A model generated the notes under the pieces. It was given only the letters and a program-made list of their open reading frames with translations, did not search any database and had not been told where the DNA came from. A stretch of 64,000 bases of DNA from Eledone cirrhosa (taxonomy: Eukaryota), in NCBI GenBank assembly GCA_964016885.1, contig OZ024743.1:125860001-125924000 (forward strand). Direction: 5' to 3'. Every line of letters starts with the position of its first letter. Position 1 is the first letter of the stretch. Both the position numbers and the translations under genes were made by a program. This document shows positions 53,352 to 64,000 of this stretch, piece after piece.

Positions 53352-53401
53352 TAATATAAAACCATAGTCTTTTTAGCACACCAGATATTTTATTATCTAA
53401 A

Positions 53402-53898
53402 CTAGCAGAAAAACCACCCTACGGGTGGTTTTCTGCTAGCATGTGTATTGTGTATATTGATATTATACACAAATATATATGCATGTAAATATGATACATC
53501 AAATAAAATCGTAATTGACAATATACACAGAAATTGAACAAAGCCTATGTTACACTGTCTTCTGTAATCATAATCCATGATATATTAAAAATAGATGACA
53601 TTATATATATAAACTGCATTAGGAGAAAATTAGCGATGGAAATATATGCGATTATAAGTGTTATAATATAACGGCCGCTAACCGGAAGTGTTGACATTTG
53701 ATAATTTTAAAGAATTGAATTTTAAAGATCTTTAAATAAGCTATAAAATATATTTAATCAATAGCCACAAAATTTAGCACATAAATTATGTAATATTCAT
53801 TCATTATTTATTCAAAGTAATCCAACTTATTTTACAAACGGGGTAAAAAAATATATTCTGGACGCAATCCCGCAGACCTTCCTTTATTATAGTTAAGA
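53402..53898 (-). mobile_element. Complete non-autonomous Helitron (~500 bp)
   Basis: Minus strand starts A|TCTTAACTATAATAAAG and ends with the hairpin AAAACCACCC-gta-GGGTGGTTTT then CTAG|T: TC...CTAG termini, A|T target, no TSD. Confidence 0.8.
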
Positions 53899-56800
53899 TA
53901 TGTTCTTAGTTAATGCTTTGAACCCACTGTTTGGCTATATCCCACCAGCCCAGATTTTCTTCCTACCACACACTTCCGTTTACTACCATTTTCTACACAA
54001 GTCAGCGACTGATTCACGTTATTCCTGAGGTTAACTTTGCCTTTCATCCTTATGGGGTTGATAAAATAAAGCATCAGTAATGCACTGGGATAATTGCTGG
54101 CCTTGTGCTAAAAAAAAAAGAAGAAACAATTATTACTCGAGCTGGAGTTCTTGAAGAAGGCATTGATGTGCTTGCTGTCAAGTTTGTACAGTTATCTTTT
54201 TTTAGGTTTAATTCATCATCATGATCATCATCTAGTAAGGGTGTGACTATATATTTATAAAGTGATTTCCATGCAAACAACAAAAATTTGAGACTGTACA
54301 TATAGCAGGGGTCAAGGTTCTAAGGGTTAATGTTTTGAGCATTTTAATTGTAACTATTTTGTATTTATGAATACTTTTTGGTAGGTGTATACGATTAGAC
54401 ATATACTGCCAGGAGTGGTGACTGGTTGTACCAACCAGAGAAAAATCAATAGGTTTCTTTGGTCCAATCTTGAGAATTGGCTTCTTCCCTTTGATTTTTG
54501 ATGAAACATATGTACAAGCTTTCCAGTGTAAATATACATATATTGTATTCAGACCCATATCTCAATATTATATGACAAATGTTACTAATGTCTTCTCTGC
54601 TTAGCATCAAGTAAGTGTACTCTATGCTCTATAATAGAGATAAAGTTTTCAATAGGTTACGCTATCAGCATAATTTTATAACCTTGTCAAATTAAAAAGC
54701 TTTTAAATTAATATATGAAAGAGTAATCATTATTTCAGGATTACTGTCAATTTAAGTAAAGCTTGAAATGTCTAAGCAGGTTTTATTTATTTTAATCATG
54801 ATAATCAAATCCATTACACTTAATCTTATTCATTACTAAATTTCTAAGGAAAAACATTGCAATAAATTTCATATTATTTAAAAAATAATCAAGAATTTGA
54901 AGGGATTTAGTAATATAATTAACTCTCTCATTGTTAAACTGGTGTTTGGAGCATAAATCAACAAAGGTTCTTATATAAAATTATGATGGAAGGTTTTTAG
55001 ATATACACACTTTAAAATAAACAATTTTGTATCACAGAACCTGAAGCAGTTTCAGACAGTTTGGTATCAAACATTTATGATACTTTTTTTTTGTATATAG
55101 TGATTTCTTATCGTAAAATCCTTAAAAATGAAAAGTCCAACAACTCAACCAGTTAGATACACAAGATCCATAACTTATCTAAAAATAAGTTTTGGCATCA
55201 AGAAGGGCATTTATTGAGCCATGGAATAATGCCTTAAAACTGTCTTCTTGACTTGGGACACAAATAGTGTGATGCTAGGAAAAAAATAATCTTTAGAAGT
55301 GATTGATGTTTAATTTATAGATGTAAATTCTGGCAATATTCAGGATGTAAATATAGAGTTAGTTACATTTAAAATATCTGTATTTCTGGCAGTGTGAATT
55401 TTGATATTCTATCATATTATATAAAACTGCTTATTTTATATTTTAGAATAATTTTGTTGTGAAGGAGAGCAAGAATTTATTAACCATTTTACTGATTCAG
55501 AGGCATATTTTTTTAACAAAGTATTTAAATCCTTTTTTTAAATTTAAATATGTTTCTGAAATTTTGAAATTTGTTTGGTTTTTCACTTATATATACAATA
55601 TAAAAATATTGCTTCCCTTGCCATTTGGTGATTCTCAAATGCAAATCTAACAATCATCATCATCATTTTTATGTAAGATTTTTCAAGCTTGCATGGTTTG
55701 GACAGGCCTTCTTCAAAACAGCATCTCACTTTTTGCTGTGTTTCTTTGTGAGGTTTAGCATCTTGAGATTGGTTTTCACCACTTCTGCCCAACTTTCCTT
55801 GGTCTACTTCTATGACTTCTTCCTTGCTCTTGTAATTCCCAGGACTTCTTTGTTCAACTATTAACATTCATGCACATTACATGTCTGTACCAACTCAGTA
55901 TTCTCTCTTACACACAACTTCCAATTCCTCTTATACCCAATTTTTCTCCCAACTCACCTGCGCTTCATCATTTGTGCACACTAATGTTATGGATTAAACA
56001 AAAAAGTATTGTGCATAGATAAAAAGGATTGTGATTTGTTTTATTGTTGAGGCAGAAAAGTTTTATTTGGCAAATAGTAAAGAGGGAATTATTTACCTTA
56101 ACATTCATTGTAAGTACTTGCTTTTTTTAAATGTTACAACTGGGTTGTGATGTGATGATTAGCTTCTGGTGAGCTAAGTTAGGTCTTGAGTTGAAGTCAT
56201 TTCACTTGTTTTGTTGCTGATTCCTGTGACAACTCCCATTTCTCATTCAGTAAAATCATAGGATGTATGCCTATAAATTAGTTTGCTATCAACAGTCTAT
56301 AGAGCAGTGGTTCCCAACTTTCCTCTGACAAATTTTCCGAAGTAAATTTAGTCCCACCCTGTTTTAGTTAGTAATTTGAGTTTACATCTTTACCATAACA
56401 CAGCAACTGTCAAAGAAGACATTTTAAAATACTCTTTTTAACATTATTATTTTAGGTTCATATATGAACAACAATATTTCATCTAGAGGGCAGTGAATTG
56501 ACAGTATTGGTAGAGGGTAGGACATGCTTTCCAGCGTAGTTACGTTCCTTTACGATCTGAGTTCAAATCCCGCCGAGGTTAACTTTGCCTTTCATCCATA
56601 CAGAGGTCGATAAAATAAAGTACCAGTAATGTACTGGGTAATTGCTGGCCTTGTGCCAAAAGTCGAAACAATTATTCCACCTACTTATAAACACTAACGA
56701 TGAATAGGTACTGGTACTAGGACCAATTACAGTCAGTCAATGGTAATACATCAATCAATGATACTCATACAAATTTTTAAGTTCAAACTGGTAGAAAGAA

Positions 56801-57725
56801 AATTAAATAGTATTCTAATATACGAAATAGGCTTCAGATTATTTTGAATTATAATTGAAACAAATATATACAAATCTAGAATTAGAAAATTTACCCTATG
56901 AGTGGGAAAAACTTATCCTGGGTTGAGAGCCCCTACCATAGAGAAACATGCTACATTTTGTTCATTTGCTTTCTGTCACAGATCACAAAAATCAATATTC
57001 AACAATTCTCTCAAAGCCATAGCAATAATTATTTGCTATATCTGTGTGTGGGTGTTTCTTACATAGGCACAGTAATTTGGATTTATTAGAGAAAATGGTG
57101 AATGATAATATACATACCTTTCCCAATTACAATTAAATCACATATGATTTGACACAACACACGTGTGTGATGTATATATATATATATAGAGAGATGTATG
57201 AATATATATATATATACACACACACGGAAATAGATAGATAAATTGATATAAATAGATCCAGTTTAGAATAGGAACACTATATCCCTGCATCGCATAAGAT
57301 GCAATGAAAAGGGTATCCAGCTGTAAAACAATGCCTCAATAAGTTCTATCCAACCCATGCCAGTATGGAAAAATTGACATAAAAACCATGATGACAGACA
57401 TATGTATGTGATGTATATATGTGTGTAATATATTTACATAAATATGTGGGTGTGCAGGCTATGTGTGGATGTAATGACACCATTAAATCCTTGGCATCGT
57501 TTTACAGAACTATTGAATATCAGTGATCCTCAGTGGACATTTCTGTTAAGTACAGCTGATAGCCATTCAGATAACTGATTGGCTGATAGCCATTCAGATA
57601 ATTGATTGAATAGCTTAGCTATGGATGCATACATAATACATACCTACATGCACACACAAAAAACACATACATACACAATAAAAAAAACACATACATATAT
57701 GTATGTGTGTGTATGTGTGTATATA

Positions 57726-57756
<31 letters not shown>

Positions 57757-57777
57757 TTATATATACATATATATATA

Positions 57778-57832
<55 letters not shown>

Positions 57833-57848
57833 ATATATATGTATATAT

Positions 57849-57902
<54 letters not shown>

Positions 57903-58053
57903 ATACTTTGGGAGGGTCATGTTGCCAATAAGAAACACACGCACCAGTTGCTTTCACTTCAATTTAATTTATTATATATTTATAAATTTACAAATTTATA
58001 AATTTCTGGTTGGTTGGTTGGTTCCACAACCAGATAGTTGTTTATATATATAT

Positions 58054-58098
58054 AGTCATAGTTCTTTCGTCACACACTCTGTGACCTCTTCAGTGACT
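58054..58098 (-). ncRNA. Type I hammerhead ribozyme motif (left arm of fold-back element)
   Basis: Minus strand reads AGTCA-CTGAAGA-G-GTCACA-gagtg-TGTGAC-GAAA-GAAC-TA-TGACT: 5-bp stem I, CUGANGA and GAAA core boxes, 6-bp perfect stem II, minimal stem III, CUA cleavage triplet. Confidence 0.8.
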
Positions 58099-58232
58099 GG
58101 GGATTTCTTTCTTCGTTTCTGTGCCTTTCCTTTCTTCTATCCTACGCCATTTTGTTTGGCGTAGGATAGAAGAAAGGAAAATGGCGTAGGATAGAAGAAA
58201 GGAAAGGCACAGAAACGAAGAAAGAAATCCCC

Positions 58233-58277
58233 AGTCACTGAAGAGGTCACAGAGTGTGTGATGAAAGAACTATGACT
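58233..58277 (+). ncRNA. Type I hammerhead ribozyme motif (right arm of fold-back element)
   Basis: AGTCA-CTGAAGA-G-GTCACA-gagtg-TGTGAT-GAAA-GAAC-TA-TGACT. Same motif as the left arm but with a G.U instead of G-C at the base of stem II; predicted cut after A58272. Confidence 0.78.
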
Positions 58278-58494
58278 ATATATATATAAACAACTATCTG
58301 GTTGTGGAACCAACCAACCAACCAGAAATTTATAAATTTGTAAATTTATAAATATATAATAAATTAAATTGAAGTGAAAGCAACTGGTGCGTGTGTTTCT
58401 TATTGGCAACATGACCCTCCCAAAGTATAACAATATCGGTTTCAACACACGATTTCAGATAAAGAATCTTGCTAAACAAATTCAGAAACGAAAT

Positions 58495-58537
<43 letters not shown>

Positions 58538-60149
58538 CATACATATATATATGTATATATACATATATATATACACATATATATATGTATATATACATAT
58601 ATATATATACACATACATATATATATGTATATATACATATATATATACACATATATATATGTATATATACATATATATATACACATATATATATGTATAT
58701 ATACATATATATATATACACATATATATATGTATATATACATATTTATACACACACAATCACACACATATATATATATATATTCATACACCTGTGAGTAA
58801 GATTGTAAACATACACACACACACACATATATATATGCATACATATGTATGTTTATACATACGTATGTAGGCAGGGAATTGGCAGTGTTGTTAGAACATT
58901 GGTTCCAGCCCTCTGTGTTCAAATCCTGCTGGGGTTAATTTTGCTTTTCATCCTTTTGAGGTTAATAAAAATAGCACTAGTCCATTACTGGGGTGAAATC
59001 TTCCTCCATATTTTTTTTCTTATTTCTTCTCTCTCACACTCAATCCTTCTCTGGGGAAAATCTGCTGAATTTAGAACTGGAGAGATGGTCTCTGCCAGGC
59101 ATAAAATGTCCAAGAATTGCTGGATGTCAGCATCACGCTCCTACAACTTCATCAGTTATGGGTGAAAAAGAAACTTGTGTGTGTGTGTGCATGCACACAT
59201 ATATATGTGTGCTTATATATATACGTGTGTGTATATGTATGTTTGCTTATATATACACACGTGTGTGTGTGTATTTATATATATATATTTATACCTTAAG
59301 TATATACCTGATGTGTGCGTAAAGCATAAACATATAAAAACATTTTAGGATGAATTAATACACCTGGCCTATATAGACTAACAATAAGATGTTAGCCTTA
59401 TCTCTGGGCATGTGCTGGTTTAATCAACCTATTTACAATATCATAATACAGAACTTGCTGGGGAGTTACAAAAAGTATATCTCAACCAAGTCCTTCAGTT
59501 AAATATTAGATTTCCAAGCTATTAGATAAACAGATCATGTTTTAGGTCAATGGGAAATATTTTTACTTAAAGAGTCAACAGGGTTCAACTTGAGCATCCT
59601 GTAAAGAATACTGTGATAAAATCATTGTAATAAATCTCTGGAATGTTTTTTTTTTGTGTGTGTGGATGGGTGGTGGGGGAGTGGAACATTACCATTCCAA
59701 CTCGGGTAATATTTATTTAAAATGAAAGAAAACTACCCCCCCCCCCCCCCCCCAGAAAAAAAATGGAATTTACAGCCCACACCATTGGAGGCTAAGCTGG
59801 CCTCCTATGAGATTGCATCTCATTGGAGGTTTCTAATGTGTTTTACTGATAGGGTTCTCTGTTCTATCATGAAAAGCAACAAGAAAGTGCTGCCTTATTT
59901 GAAGAATTGAATCTACAATTTTATGATTGTGAGTTAAGTAGGCTATGTGTGTTAACTTTATATAATAATTTGATTCTAAATATTCAAAATCATAGTCTTT
60001 TTTACTTAATGTTTACTGCTGTGAGACTATATGAGCTTATTTTCATGTGTATATATGACACTTTTTTTACCCCAAAATTTGATGCCAAAGTCAGCTTGTG
60101 TTTTATACAATATGATTATTATAATAATTGTTTCTACTTTTGGTAGCTT

Positions 60150-61575
60150 CCTTCCACTGGAATTTCCTGGCACTTTACTCAGCAATCATCATCCATGTGC
60201 TTCACATGTCAGTACCTATACAGTCTTCTTTCTTGTGCACCACTTTGGATTCCTCTTAAACCCAGTTTTTCTCTCAGGTCATCCATTCTCTGCCTTTCTC
60301 TCACATATACATTGCACATCTGATGAAGCATGGTTGCTTTATTTCTCTCCAGTCTATGCATGTCTTCTGCACTCATAGCTCATGTTTCACTACCATGCAG
60401 CCACACACTTCACACATAGGTGTCATACAGTCACCCTTCTGTACAAATGGAGAAACATGGGAGTAGTTCTGTAAACTTTTTCCATCTTATCCTTATTCTA
60501 GCTGTTATGCTCTCAGGGCACCCTCCTCTGCTGCTAATTAAGTCACATAGATAGAAGAAGCTATCAACCACTTCTATGGACCTTCCTGTGACTGGAAAAG
60601 GTTTATATCACTGATGCTTTTCTCTTTGATTACCCATGTGCATCTTCTACATACAAAGTCTTCCCTTCCTGTTAGTCTACCTGTTATCCCACTACATCTC
60701 TTGTGTACCCAAGATTTACATTGTATACATGGTATGGAGTTTATGCCTACTCCTTTTCTACATATTCAGCAGGGCTATTTGCCTGAAGGAATCAGAATCC
60801 TATCTTCTTTTCTACTAACTAGCACTTTAGTTTTGGCTCAGTTTACTCTCAGACCTTTTCTCAATCGACAAAAGCTTAATATAGTGGCTTATTCTTGGCT
60901 AGGAACTTCTCTTGTAGTTGCCTCTCTAGAAAGAGAGCATTTAATTTAACTCTTTCCCTAATTAGCTGGGCTATAACTTTCTGTCACTTTCATAACTTGG
61001 TCCATTAGTTTTATTCCTCTGTAGTTCATCCTTTCCAGTGCATCACCTTTGCCCTTGTAGCAATTTATGATTGTACTGCTGCACCAGTCATTGGGTATGA
61101 CTCTGTTCTGTATTACTTGATTGACTATGCAGGTTACAAGTTTTGGCTCCTACTTCTATTTCTGATGATCTTGCAGCTTCACCATTCTTCATCTCTTTGC
61201 TTGCTTCATTGACCCTATAACTGTCAATTTCGATACCTGGTCCTTCTGTTAGGTAGGTTGGGTGTAGTTTCTCTTCCTCTCTTTCATCAGTCTCTCAGTA
61301 ATATTTCCAGGCCTCTTTCTTTTGAGCATCAGTGTCATTTCTGACACTTTTCCCCAACAACATCTCAATTTACATTGACACACTGCCTTGCCATGTGGAA
61401 TACTTCATGTTCTGATCCTCAGATCTCAAAGGTGTTGGCAAACTTTCTGTTTTCAGCCTCTCTCCGAGCTGTGTACACCTGTCATCTAACTTCTCACTTA
61501 GCTACCTAGTACTGGTCTCTGCTACACCCATTTTCCAGTCTTTCCATGCCTATCTCTTGGCTTTAATAGCTCTAT
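60150..61575 (-). mobile_element. Decayed RTE fragment
   Basis: Reverse complement is homologous to ~11100-12900 (CYKGKGDALER, NSIPCIQCKSWVHKRCSG). Confidence 0.85.
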
Positions 61576-62167
61576 ATTATTAAAAACAATAATTTATTTT
61601 TATATGTGTGTGTGGAGATATAGTTGTGTGGTTAAGAAGTTCACTTTGTAACCACACAATTTTGGTCTTGGTCTCATCTGCTTGGTTAAGTATCATCTGC
61701 TATAGCTTTGAGTTGACTATTTCCTTGTGAGTAATTTGGTAGATGGAAACCTTTTGGAAGCCTGTTGTGTATGTATGGTTATGTATGTCCCATAACTTAG
61801 CAGTTCAACATAGAGATCAATGAAATAAGTACTAAATTTAAAGATAAATACTGATTGATTAAAAACCTTGAAGGCAGTATCCTAACATGGCTACAGATCA
61901 ATGGCTACAACTAGTAAAAGAATATGCAAGTGATGTGCAAGTATAATGGCAAAGGATCCTTAACCTCTGATGAAACATAGCTGTTTCATCCAGAGAAAGA
62001 AGAGAAGTATAAAAAGAATTGACCCAATTAGTGGACTGATAATGTATTTATTGACCCCAAAAGGATGAAAGCCAGAACAAATACTGATTTTAAAAAAAAA
62101 TTTTTTTTTAAAATTTAAATTTTTTTTTTATCCAACACTCTAATGATCTTGCTAACTTGCTACCTCG

Positions 62168-64000
62168 CAGCCAGACTTCTTCAAACGTCTAAAGACTTTT
62201 CTGGGAACGTCCCGCTCCTTGCTTTTAGCGGGGGACTGGAATGGAATCCTAGATGCACGTTGGGACTATGTGGGAGCATGTCCCGATAAAGGGGGGTGTA
62301 ACATCCTCAAACAGTTTTCGGCCGATTTGACCTGGCCGATAGATATCGACTAGATTTTCCGACTGTGCCACTGTGGACGTGGACCATCTAGATCGTACCT
62401 AGATAGGGTTCTAGTTAGAAATAAGGATAGGGACATGTTAAGCTGTCCAAAAATGTTCATGGTTGCCTATTCAGATAACAAACTAGTGACCTGCATGGTC
62501 AACCTTGATAGAACCCATAGACAAGGACCCGGCTACTGGAAGCTGAACTTGTCATTACCGACATGCAAAGCCTACAGTAGACAGATTAGCACTTTAGTTA
62601 AACAGCACTTGACAGGGGCCATTGTCAACAACAGATGGTGGTACTCTCTCAAGAGGGCAGTTAGATTAGACTCGTTAGTTTTTAGTAAAGAATTAGCGTT
62701 AGATAGAAATAGAACCGCGAAAGAACTGGTAGATAAAGTAGAAGTGGCAACGTAGCCAGCGTGCTAGCAACGAGAACGGCCTTGGACCAGTTCTTCGACG
62801 CAAAGCATGAGAGCTGCGTTGTCAGAAGCAAAATACGTGCTCTGGGAAACAAGGGAGCCAAAGCTGTTAGCTGGGCCCGAGTGACGGAGGCAAAAAGTGG
62901 CAACAAGTCCACGATTTGGTCTTTGAAGGACCAAAACGAACGCGTGATACGTGAGCCGAAGCAGATGTGTGCGGCCTTTCAGCGGCACTTTGCTCAGCTG
63001 TTCGGGCACGCCGGGAGGGGCTATGGATTTCGGTCCATATCTCGACGGCCTACCGCGACTCTCGGACAGCGAGGCAAAGTTCTGCGAAAAGCCGATTTCA
63101 GCCAGATAGGGGACGCGTTGAGCCAATGCGGCAAACGCAAATCCCCAGGTCTCGATGGTCTACCCTACGAATTTTACGTAGCAATGCCAAACTTATTCTC
63201 CGGTCTCCTGGAAGCGGTCTACTGCAACTGGCAACAGAACGGGAGATCTCCTAGTTCTGTGACCGGGGGCGTAGTCACACTAGTCAGGAAGGACGAGAAT
63301 AAGGAGGATGACATAGGCAACTTCCGGCCCATAACTCTGCTAAACACAGAGTTACAGATTTTGGCCAAGGTGTTGGTAAAGAGGCTGGCGCTTGTCGTTG
63401 AGAACCTGGTGGGAGAAGCGCAGACATGCGCAATCTCGACCAGGTCCATACACGACAACCTCCACCTCATGCGATACATCATAGAGAGGGTAGGGTGTAA
63501 ACCCGGCTTCGGTGGGGCCCTGATCAACTTGGATCAGTCTAAGGCTTTCGATAGGGTTGACCATCGTTACCTGGATGTGGTGCTCGAGGCGGCAGGCTTC
63601 GGACCCGTGTTCAGGGGCTGGATTGCTGCAATGGATAACAGCAACATCTGCTCAAGGGTTAAGGTGAATGGCTACCTCTCGGAGCTGTTCCATATCATGC
63701 GATCCATTCGACAGGGATGCCCTCTCTCCTCCCTTCTGTACGTATTGACTCTCGAGCCACTACTGCGGAAGATGGAGTTATTGCAGGGCATCCCTCTGGA
63801 ACCGGGACTGCGGAAAGTGGCGTCGGCCTATGCCGACGATGTGACAGTAATGGTGTCGAGCGCCTCGCAAATCGAGGAAGTCGGCACCTTACTGAAGGAA
63901 TACGAGAGGTTCACAGGAGCGAAGCTGAACCAGGACAAGTCCATCGGTTTGCAACTCGGATCGTGGAGAGGCAGATCGATGCCTTCCGATGGCGTCGTCG
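62168..64000 (+). mobile_element. Tx1/L1-clade LINE ORF2 (APE end and RT), frameshifted, runs off the window
   Basis: LLAGDWNGIL, YLDRVLV, QGPGYWKLN, SPGLDGLPYEFY, NFRPITLLNTELQILAKVL, LDQSKAFDRVDH, IRQGCPLS, AYADDVTV; locally GC/CpG rich. Confidence 0.92.

Larger units (their letters stand above)
57895..58436. mobile_element. Fold-back element of two 259-bp inverted arms, probably inverted Penelope-like pseudo-LTRs
   Basis: 57895-58153 is the reverse complement of 58178-58436 with one visible mismatch; 24-nt spacer; each arm holds a hammerhead core and a downstream AATAAA; flanked by long (TA)n/(TACA)n tracts. Confidence 0.75.
57630..58870. repeat. Compound (TA)n/(TG)n/(TACATA)n microsatellite field surrounding the fold-back element
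   Basis: Direct reading; further (TA)n tracts at 9715-9757, 14581-14757, 16709-16772, 19660-19708, 20014-20084, 22158-22555, 24316-24359. Confidence 0.95.

Noticed and set aside
57899-58432. Solo LTR or DIRS element (TG...CA ends)
   Set aside because: TG..CA follows automatically from the palindrome; no PBS, PPT, TSD or gag/pol/tyrosine recombinase, and hammerhead cores point to a PLE origin.
59030-59165. Minus-strand CTGATGAAG start
   Set aside because: No matching GAAA-stem III-UH and no stem I complement found downstream.
57606-59322. Many 100-150 aa ORFs rich in YI/VC/HT repeats
   Set aside because: Translations of (TA)n/(TG)n microsatellites, which lack stop codons.
61964-61994. CTGATGA followed by a hairpin (possible hammerhead)
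   Set aside because: No GAAA after the stem; CTGATGAAACA simply pairs with TGTTTCATCCAG, so it is a plain hairpin.

Overview
AT-rich, repeat-saturated eukaryotic DNA, most likely intronic or intergenic sequence of a coleoid cephalopod (octopus-like; inferred from the SINE/RTE repeat vocabulary and the very dense (TA)n/(GAT)n/(TAA)n microsatellites). No intact host protein-coding gene is recognisable. The long ORFs are retroelement fragments (RTE, Tx1/L1, Dong/R4, Penelope-like) or antisense/microsatellite artefacts. Also present are tRNA-derived SINEs, a non-autonomous Helitron pair, piggyBac-like and Tc/pogo-like MITEs, and a CpG-enriched unique island with splice signals (about 22.6-24.5 kb). 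The most striking signal is a set of type I hammerhead ribozyme motifs carried by several unrelated Penelope-type terminal repeats. Two of these are ORF-less fold-back elements set in microsatellite (9.2-9.7 kb and 57.9-58.4 kb). The 58 kb element has a complete hammerhead core in each arm on opposite strands, and the 9.4 kb hammerhead has an unusually long (~80 nt) stem II. All calls were made by eye; coordinates of decayed repeats are approximate.
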